From positions 32,001 through 96,000 of IMG/VR virus record IMGVR_UViG_3300032282_006300: a stretch of 64,000 bases of DNA; one strand, given 5' to 3'. The position numbers and the translations under genes are program-made. Shown here piece after piece: positions 54,355-64,000 of this stretch. This stretch comes from a virus. Position 1 is the first letter of the stretch. Every line of letters starts with the position of its first letter. The notes below the pieces were generated by a model. It had not been told where the DNA came from. It was given only the letters and a program-made list of their open reading frames with translations, and did not search any database.

Positions 54355-55245
54355 CTATACACCATTGCCCCACAATTTTCTTTCCAAAACTTTTTCTAGG
54401 GTTGTTTTCATGCCCCATTCGGACAAAAAAGACACATAACTGTCAAATAATATGGAATCTGGGGCCGTGGGGCTGAAATTTGGGATTTTGGGTAAATTTG
54501 GAATAAAATCGGCATTTCTTAGGTCAACAAGGGCTAAATTGGCCAATACTTGGTTTTTATGCTCAATAAAACGTTCATCTTCAATCTTGTTCAAATCTCC
54601 TGCAGATTCTTTCAACATTTTAACTGCTTTTTTTGTGCCAATACCTTTAATGCCGATCACGTTATCTGAAACATCTCCGGTAATTGACATTACCGCGGGA
54701 ACCCATTCCACCGGACAATTAAAAAATTCTTCTACGGTGTCTTGATCCCAGATTTCTGTTTTGGTGCTGGATGAAGACAGTCGTACTTGTTTTGTGCCAT
54801 CTGTCAATAATTGCAAATAATCTTTGTCATTTGAGACAATAATTATTTCAGCAGAATCTTTGTATGCTTTCCAATACCCAGCAATTACCTCATCGGCTTC
54901 TAAACCATCTATGGCAATTTGAGCAATATTGGCATACTCACAAAAAGTGTGGGCTAGTGAAAACGATGCTTGTTTTTTTGTATTAAAAGAATCAAAACTG
55001 TGTTCTGGAACTTCATTGCGATTGGCCTTGTAAGAAGCGTTTAATTGCGTTTTGTTCCTCTGACCTGCTCCATCCCAAATAATTGCCATATGGGTTGGTT
55101 TAAGTTCTCTTGCGTATTTGGTAACCGTGTTGATAAACACCGTTAAGGCTGATGTAGAAATGCCGTCAATTGACATTTTTGAATTCTCTGTGGCCATCAA
55201 TCCACGAATCAATACATTTGATCCATCAAATAGCAATAATTTCAT
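54355..55245 (-). CDS. 5'-3' exonuclease (PolI N-terminal/RNase H-like)
   Basis: LLFDG, YKANR, EADEVI, SNDKDYLQL, GDVSDN..GI.GIG.K.A. Confidence 0.92.
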   Translation of the reverse strand: MKLLLFDGSNVLIRGLMATENSKMSIDGISTSALTVFINTVTKYARELKPTHMAIIWDGAGQRNKTQLNASYKANRNEVPEHSFDSFNTKKQASFSLAHTFCEYANIAQIAIDGLEADEVIAGYWKAYKDSAEIIIVSNDKDYLQLLTDGTKQVRLSSSSTKTEIWDQDTVEEFFNCPVEWVPAVMSITGDVSDNVIGIKGIGTKKAVKMLKESAGDLNKIEDERFIEHKNQVLANLALVDLRNADFIPNLPKIPNFSPTAPDSILFDSYVSFLSEWGMKTTLEKVLERKLWGNGV

Positions 55246-55250
55246 TTTGC

Positions 55251-55862
55251 TTATGCATTTTGTGTTTGTGGTTGAAAATCATCGTATTTGGGTGGTGCGT
55301 CTTTGAACAAGATTTTTGCTTTGAATTGCGAAAACGCAAACAAAACCTTTTTTTCAAAATCTTCTAGAGACCCATCATTGTCAATGACAAAATCAAACAT
55401 ATCTTCTGGCAATCCCGCATCTGAAGCATGGGTATTGATAGGTCCGACATTTGGTCTGCGAATTTTGATATTTAGGCCCTTGAGCGTTGACACAGCCTCT
55501 ACCTCATTGGGAAAACGAACATCCGTAATCACAATGTCTTGGTCTGGGGTGACATTGCGAAGGGCGAGATGTACCCAGATGTTTTCATCAATGAGTTCTC
55601 TCCCCACTTCTGTACCAATTACTTGAAGAAGTCGTCTGACTTCAGAATAATTGACTTTTGCATTTTCCCAACCGATATCATCAACCACTTGGCGAACTGT
55701 AATTAATTCACCGTTGATAAAACCAACTACGGGGTTTAATCGGTAAATGGATTCCCTCAATACATCAGCAAATGCGATTCTTTGAAAACCAAATGAATCA
55801 ATCAAAAATTTGGCCATAGTATCTTTGCCTGATTGAGCAAAACCGTGGAGACCCAAGATCAT
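55251..55862 (-). CDS. Deoxynucleoside monophosphate kinase
   Basis: G.AQSGKDT, FAD.L, R.LLQ..GTE.GR, ITDVRFPNE, HASD. Confidence 0.9.
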   Translation of the reverse strand: MILGLHGFAQSGKDTMAKFLIDSFGFQRIAFADVLRESIYRLNPVVGFINGELITVRQVVDDIGWENAKVNYSEVRRLLQVIGTEVGRELIDENIWVHLALRNVTPDQDIVITDVRFPNEVEAVSTLKGLNIKIRRPNVGPINTHASDAGLPEDMFDFVIDNDGSLEDFEKKVLFAFSQFKAKILFKDAPPKYDDFQPQTQNA

Positions 55863-56233
55863 TCTTCTGTATCCTCTGGCTTATTCATAGCGGATTCAAT
55901 TTCTTCTTCGGACACGTTAGCAATTTCTAGGCCAATTGCAAATCCATCGGTCATGGAAGCAATTGTGGCAAAAGACATTGCGGAAAGAAATTCCGACATA
56001 TCTAAATTGTCCAAATCCATTTCTTGAATGGTCTGTTCAATAACTGCCAAATTGCGTTGAAAAGCAAAAGTAAAAAACGTTTCAATATCTACAGGAAAAG
56101 TATCCTTAGCGTTGGCGCCACGTTCATCAATCTTATCTGCCGTTAAGCAAAGTTTGACGAAATCTTTTGTTGAAAATTCAGGTTCTTCAAAAATTTCATC
56201 AATTGCGTTTGCAATATCTTTTTCGGTATTCAT
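55859..56233 (-). CDS. Acidic hypothetical protein
   Basis: Packed ORF. Confidence 0.6.
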   Translation of the reverse strand: MNTEKDIANAIDEIFEEPEFSTKDFVKLCLTADKIDERGANAKDTFPVDIETFFTFAFQRNLAVIEQTIQEMDLDNLDMSEFLSAMSFATIASMTDGFAIGLEIANVSEEEIESAMNKPEDTEE

Positions 56234-56607
56234 AATAACATCCCTGCTAGTTGGGCGTGTGTTTTAACCATCAAAACAATTTTGCCTAGCCTATCACCAT
56301 CAATATGACCGGCTTGAGCCAAGGCATGGCCCAACCTTTCAATATCGCCAATGGTAAATACTCGGTTCTTGTTTATCTGGCGAATAGCAAAAGGGCTTCC
56401 ATCTAACTTAAGTCCACCCTTTAGGTTTTCTTTCCAGAGCCACCAACGTAAAGTTGTTACAGGGACTCCAAAAAACGCTTCTGCCACCGTTCCGGTAGCA
56501 AAAACAAAATTGTTCTCTGCTACAGAGACAATCTCTGGAGTGATCCAGTAAGGCCGATTGTCTGGGGTCATGATTGATTGATTCACAACAACAATGTGAT
56601 CAGCCAT
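56230..56607 (-). CDS. MerR-like HTH protein
   Basis: VAEAFFGV...TLRWW...RVFTIGDIERL. Confidence 0.65.
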   Translation of the reverse strand: MADHIVVVNQSIMTPDNRPYWITPEIVSVAENNFVFATGTVAEAFFGVPVTTLRWWLWKENLKGGLKLDGSPFAIRQINKNRVFTIGDIERLGHALAQAGHIDGDRLGKIVLMVKTHAQLAGMLL

Positions 56608-56625
56608 TTTGACTCCTAAATAGTT

Positions 56626-56663
56626 GCGCCCCCTTGGATTCGGGGATTATCCAAGGGGAGCGC
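56626..56663 (-). terminator. Hairpin
   Basis: CCCCTTGGAT...ATCCAAGGGG. Confidence 0.5.
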
Positions 56664-56673
56664 AGTCTATAGT

Positions 56674-57390
56674 CTACTTCTTGGCCTTCCGAACCGTCAA
56701 TGAAGTAGATGCATTACCTCGCTTGGTAATGGATTTGATAATAGCAAGGCGTTCAGGCTTACTTGCAAGAGCCCTCAATGCCTTGTTTTCATCAAAAACT
56801 CGCTTCTCTTTGGTCATTGCAAGATAATCATCGCGCTCAATTTCTCCACTTTCCGCCATTTGTTCCAACAGGTCTGTATCCACAGAAACAGTGCCTTCTC
56901 GGTACTCACTGCTCCATTCTTGGACCGTACCTGCAATTGGAACTCTGTATGGTTGTTGTGGAGCACAAAGGATGTAATGGCCGTTGTTATCCAAATTGTT
57001 TGGATCGGCAATTCCTTTATTCTCTCCATCAATGTCAATGTGGTGGCGAATAGTTTCTGAGATCGCGGCATCACGATTTTTTAGAAGGTCTACAACTTGG
57101 CGTAGGGTCTCTCGTTCTTCATAGAGACTAGAGATTTCTTGTTCTTCCAAGATGCGACGTTCTGGGGGCATAACCACACCGAATACTGAAGGCAATTTTT
57201 TCAATGCTTCAACAAACTCTGGGGTAATACTCATTGGTGCAGGTACGGTGGGCACGTTATTTGCCGGTGCAATTACTTCGGTTTCTGAAGCAAAAATGGT
57301 GGCGATTTCTTTGATTGACTTGTTTTCTTGAACTGCAATTTTGGCACGCTTGAGCGATTCATCATTGAGAACAACAGTAGTTTCTGTCAT
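56674..57390 (-). CDS. Hypothetical protein
   Basis: 238-aa ORF, AAGGA RBS. Confidence 0.7.
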   Translation of the reverse strand: MTETTVVLNDESLKRAKIAVQENKSIKEIATIFASETEVIAPANNVPTVPAPMSITPEFVEALKKLPSVFGVVMPPERRILEEQEISSLYEERETLRQVVDLLKNRDAAISETIRHHIDIDGENKGIADPNNLDNNGHYILCAPQQPYRVPIAGTVQEWSSEYREGTVSVDTDLLEQMAESGEIERDDYLAMTKEKRVFDENKALRALASKPERLAIIKSITKRGNASTSLTVRKAKK

Positions 57391-57424
57391 GGTTTTTCCT
57401 TACTTTCTGGCGGTTGATATTCCC

Positions 57425-57447
57425 AGCCTATAACAAATGTCCGACAA
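57425..57447 (-). promoter_or_regulatory. PafBC/RecA-NDp-type promoter
   Basis: TTGTCGGAC-N8-TAGGCT. Confidence 0.6.
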
Positions 57448-57489
57448 GGGCAACTTTAATTATTTAGGCACATGTGTCATACTATATAC

Positions 57490-57660
57490 ATGCCCACTTA
57501 CGAATATCAATGCCTAGAGTGCAAACACCTCCAAGACCTTATCCGGTCAATTGCAAATCGGGACGAACCTGTTTCTTGCGAGGCTTGTTCAGGCAAAGCC
57601 GAAAGAATTTTATCTTCTCCCGGAATGGTCTGGGCACCTACTTCTGGTGGTTATAGGTAA
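57490..57660 (+). CDS. FmdB-family zinc-ribbon protein
   Basis: MPTYEYQCLEC.H...CEAC..AERILS; only convincing + strand gene. Confidence 0.85.
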   Translation: MPTYEYQCLECKHLQDLIRSIANRDEPVSCEACSGKAERILSSPGMVWAPTSGGYR

Positions 57661-57669
57661 AAATTGCAT

Positions 57670-57715
57670 AAAGAAGCGGTGCCAACCCATCCCGAAATGG
57701 CACCGCTTCTTTTTT
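57670..57715. terminator. Bidirectional terminator
   Basis: AAAGAAGCGGTGCCA...TGGCACCGCTTCTTT between convergent genes. Confidence 0.8.
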
Positions 57716-57724
57716 AATGCGAAC

Positions 57725-58468
57725 TTACACTTTGTACCGTGAGGTAACTCTGGAACCGCCTGCCAGAGAAGCGTAAGTCTTCGGGCCAACGACACCGTCG
57801 GCTGGCCACAACTTGGGACGTAGACGCTGGAATTTCTTCACATCGGCCACATCTTCTTTGGTCATAATTCCCGTAACAGGGTTTCCAAAAGCGGTCTGGA
57901 TAACCTTGACTGCGGTATTGTTACTGCCGACCTTAAACTTGTCTGCGCCGGGGTACTTAGGCAATGCAGGCTTAACCGCGGGCTTGGCCGGGGTAGGCTT
58001 GACAACTACTGGCTTTGCCGGTGCAGGTTTAGCGGGGGTTGGCTTGGCAACGGGCTTAGCAACAGGCTTGGGCTTAGCGGGTGCAGGAGCCGTGAACCAG
58101 TGAACCTTGCTTTGCTCAGCCTTCACCGTTTGCAAAATTGAGATATGCAAATGCTCGGTGTGTGGGCTTGCGCCAGTGTACTTTTCAGCCTTCCAGCCAC
58201 TCTTACGTGAATAGATCTTGCGATCAAAAATCACATAGTTGGCTGAAGGGTGCTTAGAAACTGCCTTGATAATTTCCTGAGCATCAACTCCGGGGAAAGT
58301 GATGTCAATGGCATTTACTGAATCACGAGAGTTCGGATTGTGATCTGATTTACGGGCGGCATGTGACGTATTGCCAATTGTGCCGTCAGATTTCTTGGAA
58401 CGATTTGGCCATTTCTTATTGACCTCGTTGCGGAATTGCACCAAAGACGGTGCGAGATGCCAACTCAT
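57725..58468 (-). CDS. Endolysin (Zn peptidase-like domain, PAKP linker, PG-binding domain)
   Basis: SDGTIG..H....SDHNP..AID, H.EHLHIS, FQR...ADGVVGPKT. Confidence 0.85.
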   Translation of the reverse strand: MSWHLAPSLVQFRNEVNKKWPNRSKKSDGTIGNTSHAARKSDHNPNSRDSVNAIDITFPGVDAQEIIKAVSKHPSANYVIFDRKIYSRKSGWKAEKYTGASPHTEHLHISILQTVKAEQSKVHWFTAPAPAKPKPVAKPVAKPTPAKPAPAKPVVVKPTPAKPAVKPALPKYPGADKFKVGSNNTAVKVIQTAFGNPVTGIMTKEDVADVKKFQRLRPKLWPADGVVGPKTYASLAGGSRVTSRYKV

Positions 58469-58704
58469 GCAGACTCGTCACCTTCGGTAGAAGCGTCTGT
58501 TTCAACGGCACCAATACCGTATGAGGTGTTGCCTGGATCAAGGTAGGCAACAATGGTGCGAATGGCGGTCAAAGCCGCAGAGATTGCGGCCGACTTGGCC
58601 CATCCAAAATCGTTGTTTGCGATTGCGCTCAATGGCACAAGAGCAATAAAAGCGGTAATAAAAGTCGTAGCGGCGCTACGTAGCAGTGAGGCAATGTTCG
58701 CCAT
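58465..58704 (-). CDS. Holin
   Basis: Two TM, overlaps endolysin start. Confidence 0.75.
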   Translation of the reverse strand: MANIASLLRSAATTFITAFIALVPLSAIANNDFGWAKSAAISAALTAIRTIVAYLDPGNTSYGIGAVETDASTEGDESA

Positions 58705-58774
58705 TTATCCATCCTTACAGTTGGGATATCTTATGTACCATCTTACATAAGTTCTTTTATAAATCCAATCGGGG

Positions 58775-59407
58775 TTAGTACCAGACGTTTTCTTGCTCAA
58801 ATTCAAACTTGTCTAGCCATCTTAGCCGATCAAATTGCAATTCTTCGCCTGTAGCCCCAATAACAAGTTCTACAAACTCTCCAATATTTTCTACTCTGCG
58901 GAACAAACCTTTTGCGTCCCTGTTCCAGCCACGGTCCACCAGAAAAGGAACGCTTCCGGATTCTTCCAACGTTTTGTAATTAAACGCATTGTCTTCAATA
59001 AAAGCGTCTGTTTTAATTAGCGCTTTGTTTTCACTAAACGTAAGAGAATGAAAAGGAATCTCGTGTTTAAGAATCCATTTCATTGTTGTTAAAGCCGCTT
59101 TTTTAGGGCGAGCGGTAATGATGTGGATTTTGTGACCGGCTTCGTACAAACGATTAATTTGGTTTGCGGCGTCATCTATCAAAGGTCCATTGTAAGCAAA
59201 ACCTTTAATAATTGCATCATCATGCAAATTTTCATAAGTTTCGTGATCAATACCCCATTCGGTAAAGAAATCATATTTAACTTCTAGACCATCAAAATCT
59301 TTGGGGATGTTGGGATCATTATTGTGTAAAAGATAATCGTAAAAAGACACGGCAAAATTATGAACTACGCCGTCAAGGTCTACCCCAATAGTGGCTAATG
59401 TTTTCAT
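58775..59407 (-). CDS. HAD-family 5'(3')-deoxyribonucleotidase
   Basis: IGVDLDGV, IITAR, K...D.FIED, WN; start moved to MKTLAT. Confidence 0.85.
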   Translation of the reverse strand: MKTLATIGVDLDGVVHNFAVSFYDYLLHNNDPNIPKDFDGLEVKYDFFTEWGIDHETYENLHDDAIIKGFAYNGPLIDDAANQINRLYEAGHKIHIITARPKKAALTTMKWILKHEIPFHSLTFSENKALIKTDAFIEDNAFNYKTLEESGSVPFLVDRGWNRDAKGLFRRVENIGEFVELVIGATGEELQFDRLRWLDKFEFEQENVWY

Positions 59408-59414
59408 CGTTTTC

Positions 59415-59954
59415 CTACTTTTGCTCGAACTTGAAATATTGAACAGGCCCTTTGACTCCTGGACTAAATTCAGAGGCGGCCTTAATTGCTTTTGTAACTC
59501 GTGATTTTGGTGCGGTTCCTTCTGTGCTAAATAAAGAACCAAGAGCCGAAGTGACTCCTCCGCCAATTGCGGCATAAGCATAAGGGGTTTCATAAACGCT
59601 GTAATCGTGGCATACAACAAACAAGCGACCCATTACGCCTACTAAAATTTCCGTTCCATCTTCCATTTTTTCTTCTGTGGCAACTCCTGCAAGATTATCT
59701 AACGTATCCGCAATAGATTGCACAAACTCTAAACACATAAACGAAGATAAATGTTGCGGAGAAGGTATTGGTGGCAATGAGACATTGTGTAGAACATTGA
59801 TGACCCGAATACTTTGCGAAACACCAATGATGTAATCCCCATTGATTGCAATTTTGGGGCTTACCATACTGACGGTAGAAGTGTCGTCGCTGACTTCAGA
59901 ATCTGATGCCATATGGATAACATCTTTATCTATGAGACCGACAATACAAGTCAT
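59415..59954 (-). CDS. HslV/proteasome-beta-like Ntn protease
   Basis: MTCIVG..MASDS...PK, AIGGG...ALG.L, A..F.PGV. Confidence 0.8.
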   Translation of the reverse strand: MTCIVGLIDKDVIHMASDSEVSDDTSTVSMVSPKIAINGDYIIGVSQSIRVINVLHNVSLPPIPSPQHLSSFMCLEFVQSIADTLDNLAGVATEEKMEDGTEILVGVMGRLFVVCHDYSVYETPYAYAAIGGGVTSALGSLFSTEGTAPKSRVTKAIKAASEFSPGVKGPVQYFKFEQK

Positions 59955-61330
59955 TACAACATCACCAAGTCTGACCAGCCAAATCTGTGACCCGCCCCAA
60001 CCAATACCGTTACGATTCCGTGCTTAGCACTATTGCCAAACGCGGCTTCAAAATATGTAGACCCGCCATCTAAAGATGGGGATTGGAACAATGTTGTTCC
60101 GCCAATATCTGAAATAAAACCGTGGTGCTTGTGTCCCATAAACATAACTTCCATACGGATATTCTTGTCGTACAAGAACATACCTCTTTGGTCACGAGCC
60201 CATTTTTCAATTCCACCCTTGGCTTTGTGACCATGAGTAAGTCCGCATTGAACACCCGAAAGATCAAAGAATGTCCACCACTCGTCGTGAGGAATGAACC
60301 ATTCAACTTGATCGGCAAGATTGCTTTCGTCAATCACTTCTTTGACCTGCTCGGCAATAATCAAATCGTAATTGTCCGAATCTGAGGTAAACGGGGCCGA
60401 ACCAATTCCTTGACGAATCTCACCGTGGTTGGATGGCGTGTAAACCTTCTTGATCGGAAGATCAAATTCCGCAAACATTCGCGTCTTGCGAATTTCTGAT
60501 TGACGGGCATAAGACATTTGGTTACGCAAAGTAGTGGTGGTTTTTGCTTGGCTGGGATAGTGACCAAAAATATTTTCAATCTTGTCTCCAGTTACCACAT
60601 CTGCAATGCATTCAATATTTACACCGCGGTGCAATAATTCTTTCAAACGATCATAACTTTTCTGAAGGGCTTCTTCTTCTCGTTTTTCAAGACCCTCAAT
60701 GCCACCTCCAGCACTTTTACCACCTTGCTCGTCACCTTGCACGTGTGCGTAAGTAACTTGAACACCAAGACCTGTTCCAAGAGTTTTTCGAATAAGAGGT
60801 TGCCAAGTTTTGGCTTCGTTAATTGCGTTTTCAATGTCTTCATCAAATCGGGCTTGATCAGGAACGATCCGAGCAAAACGTGCTTTGTACGACCAAAGCC
60901 AAACAACGTCACGATCACCATCTTCTGTTCTCTTAGAAGATTGCCATTTTGAAACCCTAACCGTGTCGTCCATAACCCTGAAAGTTTTGGAAGAAAGTCC
61001 AAAAAATTCCAGCAGGGGTGCAAAATCACCGTCAAGTTCTACAGGAATTTGTCCTACGCCAACCGAAAGTTCTCCTTCATCTCCGGTAATGGATACATAA
61101 GTATCTTGGCTCGGTCCTTCGTATTCACCAACAGGAACCTTTAATTCACCGAGATTATTTTTTTTGCGGTACTTACGTACCGAAGATTCTCCAACTTTAA
61201 AACCAAGTTTTTCAATTTTGTTCGCCACATCAACATGCCCCAAAGACATGTCTTCCAAGAAGTTTTTTATTGCTGGTTGATCATCTGCTAAATCCGAAAG
61301 CGAATAGTTGTTCCCAAGGGTAAATGTCAT
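59954..61330 (-). CDS. Metallophosphoesterase (Mre11-like) with N-terminal extension
   Basis: GD.Q.GK, GD..E, SNHGE, THGH, GHKHH, PSLDGGS. Confidence 0.8.
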   Translation of the reverse strand: MTFTLGNNYSLSDLADDQPAIKNFLEDMSLGHVDVANKIEKLGFKVGESSVRKYRKKNNLGELKVPVGEYEGPSQDTYVSITGDEGELSVGVGQIPVELDGDFAPLLEFFGLSSKTFRVMDDTVRVSKWQSSKRTEDGDRDVVWLWSYKARFARIVPDQARFDEDIENAINEAKTWQPLIRKTLGTGLGVQVTYAHVQGDEQGGKSAGGGIEGLEKREEEALQKSYDRLKELLHRGVNIECIADVVTGDKIENIFGHYPSQAKTTTTLRNQMSYARQSEIRKTRMFAEFDLPIKKVYTPSNHGEIRQGIGSAPFTSDSDNYDLIIAEQVKEVIDESNLADQVEWFIPHDEWWTFFDLSGVQCGLTHGHKAKGGIEKWARDQRGMFLYDKNIRMEVMFMGHKHHGFISDIGGTTLFQSPSLDGGSTYFEAAFGNSAKHGIVTVLVGAGHRFGWSDLVML

Positions 61331-61571
61331 AAAACAAATGGCCTTTCAATAGGACGGCGGTAAGGCAGAAATAAATCCTACCACTAGATGGACCAAATAA
61401 GCCAATTTTGCCAAAAAAAATACATAGCCAACAAGGTAGGCTACCTAGTAATAGTGATACGAGTTTATTTAGATAAAAACCATAATCATTTAACGGTTTA
61501 AACTACTCGGGGCCGATCCCCCCCAAACCCCCCACGCTAGACGCATAATCTAGGTTCAATTTTGGGTCTTG

Positions 61572-61892
61572 TCAACTCGAAAACGGATTTTCTTTTGGAA
61601 TTTCAGAAAGAGCCTTGGATCGTTCGGCACGAAGGCCCTCAACGGACTCTGAAACGAGTTTGTCAATTTGCTCTTCCGGAAGGGCTAAATTGAAGTTAAT
61701 TGAAACGCTTTGCGCTTTTTCACCAATCACAATTCCCGGAAGAGTAATTACTGTAATCAAGGCAGGAACGAATTGACCGACTTGGTTACCGGGTAAAACG
61801 GTAAGAGAAATTGCATATTCTGCATCTTCCCCCTGGGAATACTTGATTAAAGATGCTTCTACGGTTTTTGAAACTTTGTCTAGCAAGTTCAT
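61572..61892 (-). CDS. Hypothetical protein
   Basis: Start moved to MNLLDK (TAATG overlap). Confidence 0.65.
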   Translation of the reverse strand: MNLLDKVSKTVEASLIKYSQGEDAEYAISLTVLPGNQVGQFVPALITVITLPGIVIGEKAQSVSINFNLALPEEQIDKLVSESVEGLRAERSKALSEIPKENPFSS

Positions 61893-63469
61893 TATCTTCC
61901 ATATCTGTAGATTTGTAATGATTCTTTTCGGTTGGCCGCCGAAATATGATTTTCTCCAGCATCGGTGTCTCCAAGCAAGATATCCGTCTGGTCGTTTCTC
62001 TTGATCATTTTTTCGGCAATTACATCCTCTACTGTACCGTCTAGGAATAGGGTTAGACAAGTTACAGAAGGGGCTTTTGAGTCAATTCTGTGGATGCGGT
62101 CCAGCCTTTGGGTTCGGTTGGCAAAGGTCAGGGCTGATTCATATTCAATAACGTATGTGGCTTCTGGAAGGTTGATTCCCCGGGATCCAGCGTCAGATGT
62201 CAAAAAAATGGCTGGTTCTGGATCTGCCTTAAAAAGTTGGCGAGATTGTTGTTGTTGATTAATAGACATTTCCCCGTGGTTTATGTAAACCTTGTATCCA
62301 GCCTTGGTTAATTCTTTGTGGATATCTTTCAAAATGGATTGCCCAAAGAAAGTAAACACCACGGCTTTAGCCCCTTGGCCCTTGACGACCACGGAAAGAT
62401 AGTCCAAAAGTGCTTCCATTTTGGCTGAAGACGTGTTTTTAAAAATGTCTTCCCCGAATTCTTCAACCAACATTTTGGCAATCATTGAGCCTTCGGGATT
62501 TTCACTTCCGTAAAGCACGCTGGCCGGGTTGCCAGCAACTTGCCTGAGTACCGTCCAGAGGCCCTGTACGGGCTCCTCAGAGCCGTAACCGACCTGTTCG
62601 ACCATCTCGTACAGTTTACGTTGGTCGTCCTTCATTTGGATGTGTTGGGCCTCCTCAATGCGCTTGGGGAATTGCTCAATAATGTCTGGGTCAGTTTTAC
62701 GTTTGCGAATAAGCCCTTTTTGGACATTTCGGACAAATTCTGTAATTCGGACAGGTGCATAAGTTGGCCGACCAAATTGATCTCGGTTCAGAACATAAGT
62801 TTTTTCAAAATCTCCAATATTTGGTACTAAATCTGGCCGGACAATCCGCATTTGGTTGAAAGCGTCTTCGTAATCTCGCTCTAAAGGAGTGGCCGTCAAA
62901 CCAAGAACTCTTTGGTGAGGATTATTTTTACGTAACATTTTTACAATGTGATAATGGGCTTTATAAGTCGCGGCGGTACGTTTACGAAGTTTGGCAACCT
63001 CGTCATAAACTACAAACACGTTTTTTGTGATTAAATGGTCCAACAAAGCCGTGTTTTGAGCAGAGGTACCTCGTCTGCCAGGAGCCTTGTGAAAGTCCAC
63101 CAAATCGGCTTTGGCGGTCTCGTAGGTGGTAATAAGGACCTGTGGTAGCCCGTTTTTTTCTAATCGTTTTTGCCTACCCGCACCGTGGTGGATAGCAGAA
63201 GTCAATTGGGTAAATTTATCAAAATCTTCTTTCCATTCTGAGACCTTGTTTTTTTCAACAACCATCAAGACTAGGTCTATCTGGTTATCTTCAAAAAGCA
63301 TGGCACTTAGGCACATAGCGGCGTGAGATTTACCCGTGCCGGTATCCCAAACCATTAAGGCTGATTCCATTAGGTATGCCTTAGCAATACCTTCTTCTTG
63401 AAACGGATAAAGCCCAAGGTGCGAAAAATACAATGGATCACCCTGAGACACCGTGACACGTTCTGACAT
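61892..63469 (-). CDS. SNF2-family helicase
   Basis: LYPFQ, DTGTGKS, YDEV, LTATP, SAK, GINL, QRLDRIHR. Confidence 0.9.
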   Translation of the reverse strand: MSERVTVSQGDPLYFSHLGLYPFQEEGIAKAYLMESALMVWDTGTGKSHAAMCLSAMLFEDNQIDLVLMVVEKNKVSEWKEDFDKFTQLTSAIHHGAGRQKRLEKNGLPQVLITTYETAKADLVDFHKAPGRRGTSAQNTALLDHLITKNVFVVYDEVAKLRKRTAATYKAHYHIVKMLRKNNPHQRVLGLTATPLERDYEDAFNQMRIVRPDLVPNIGDFEKTYVLNRDQFGRPTYAPVRITEFVRNVQKGLIRKRKTDPDIIEQFPKRIEEAQHIQMKDDQRKLYEMVEQVGYGSEEPVQGLWTVLRQVAGNPASVLYGSENPEGSMIAKMLVEEFGEDIFKNTSSAKMEALLDYLSVVVKGQGAKAVVFTFFGQSILKDIHKELTKAGYKVYINHGEMSINQQQQSRQLFKADPEPAIFLTSDAGSRGINLPEATYVIEYESALTFANRTQRLDRIHRIDSKAPSVTCLTLFLDGTVEDVIAEKMIKRNDQTDILLGDTDAGENHISAANRKESLQIYRYGR

Positions 63470-63521
63470 GTCCTGATACTATCCCAAAACTTGCTATAAA
63501 CCAATTGCAATTAATGCAATA

Positions 63522-64000
63522 TTATGGTTGTGGAATTACCACCAAGGTTCGCCTTTGTATTGTTCTAGTCGCAGGATCGCTATTGTAATGAGCAAACGTT
63601 AAATTGTATGGAGCGTTTGGAGTTAATCCACTTTGATAATAAAGAACGCTACCTGCAGTAATGTAGGTTGCGTCTCCTGCAACGTCGGCATTAAGTGCGA
63701 TTCCATGATCTTCATTGGCGCTGGTAACTACAGTTCCAGAGTTGATAGTTGCCCCGGTTTTCAAAATCCAAGATAGGGCTGTCGCACCAGCAGAAGTAGC
63801 CTGCAATGTTCCAAAAACTTGAATGAGAACAATACCTGATGGGGGTGCTGTAAATGCCAAACCAATTGTTGATCCCGTGTCAGGAGACCTTGAATAACTT
63901 TGGTTTACAACGTTAATTGAGGCTAGAGATTGGTAACTAGATGCTCTGTAAACGCTGTCAATTTCCCCGGTTGCTCCGGTTGCTCCAGTTAGACCAGTTA
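63522..64000 (-). CDS. 3' end of collagen-repeat tail-fiber-like protein
   Basis: Frame open to window edge with TGLTGATGATG followed by beta-rich domain. Confidence 0.6.
   Translation of the reverse strand, partial: TGLTGATGATGEIDSVYRASSYQSLASINVVNQSYSRSPDTGSTIGLAFTAPPSGIVLIQVFGTLQATSAGATALSWILKTGATINSGTVVTSANEDHGIALNADVAGDATYITAGSVLYYQSGLTPNAPYNLTFAHYNSDPATRTIQRRTLVVIPQP

Noticed and set aside
59415-59954. HslV-like protein as the [KR]xA processing enzyme
   Set aside because: Lies among metabolic genes without the late motif; this family is common in phages and nothing links it to the linkers
61331-61571. tRNA or ncRNA in this intergenic gap
   Set aside because: No cloverleaf or T-loop motif and no convincing structure
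340-63326. Numerous + strand and nested ORFs in the track
   Set aside because: Antisense or alternate-frame shadows of motif-bearing minus-strand genes, without RBS or recognisable domains

Overview
A 64-kb segment of a large tailed phage, probably infecting an actinobacterium (actinobacterial-type DnaA boxes, dif site, PafBC-type promoters, DUF732 lipoprotein; the portal/terminase/DnaE/RecA/NrdJ gene set resembles large actinophages such as cluster C mycobacteriophages). Nearly all genes are on the minus strand. Layout: (1) 1-4.0 kb, GC-richer, GATC-free probable early region with rIIA/rIIB and a repeated promoter; (2) 4.0-5.45 kb, non-coding island packed with host chromosome/cell-cycle signals (GACACGCCG boxes, a dif site, 10 DnaA boxes, 12 phased AGTCCG repeats, an MraZ-like GTGG array), possibly at the genome end; (3) 5.6-34 kb, late/virion region in which many proteins carry a shared N-terminal leader (M[AS]NLWYK[VT][AS]) or repeated internal linkers (SRKTA; SLLQHFA..DPFL) that separate swappable Zn-finger, GNAT, ART-like, papain-like and nucleotidyltransferase modules, with each operon preceded by a CCTGT-N26/27-GGTA motif; (4) terminase and a full replication/recombination/nucleotide module (34-57 kb); (5) lysis genes, nucleotidase, HslV-like protease, phosphoesterase, SNF2 helicase and the end of a collagen-repeat gene. 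The two strongest candidates for undescribed systems are the leader/linker-tagged modular virion cargo system and the host-regulator binding-site island. No major capsid gene, tRNA, CRISPR array or integrase was recognised. All product calls come from motif recognition by eye, not database searches.
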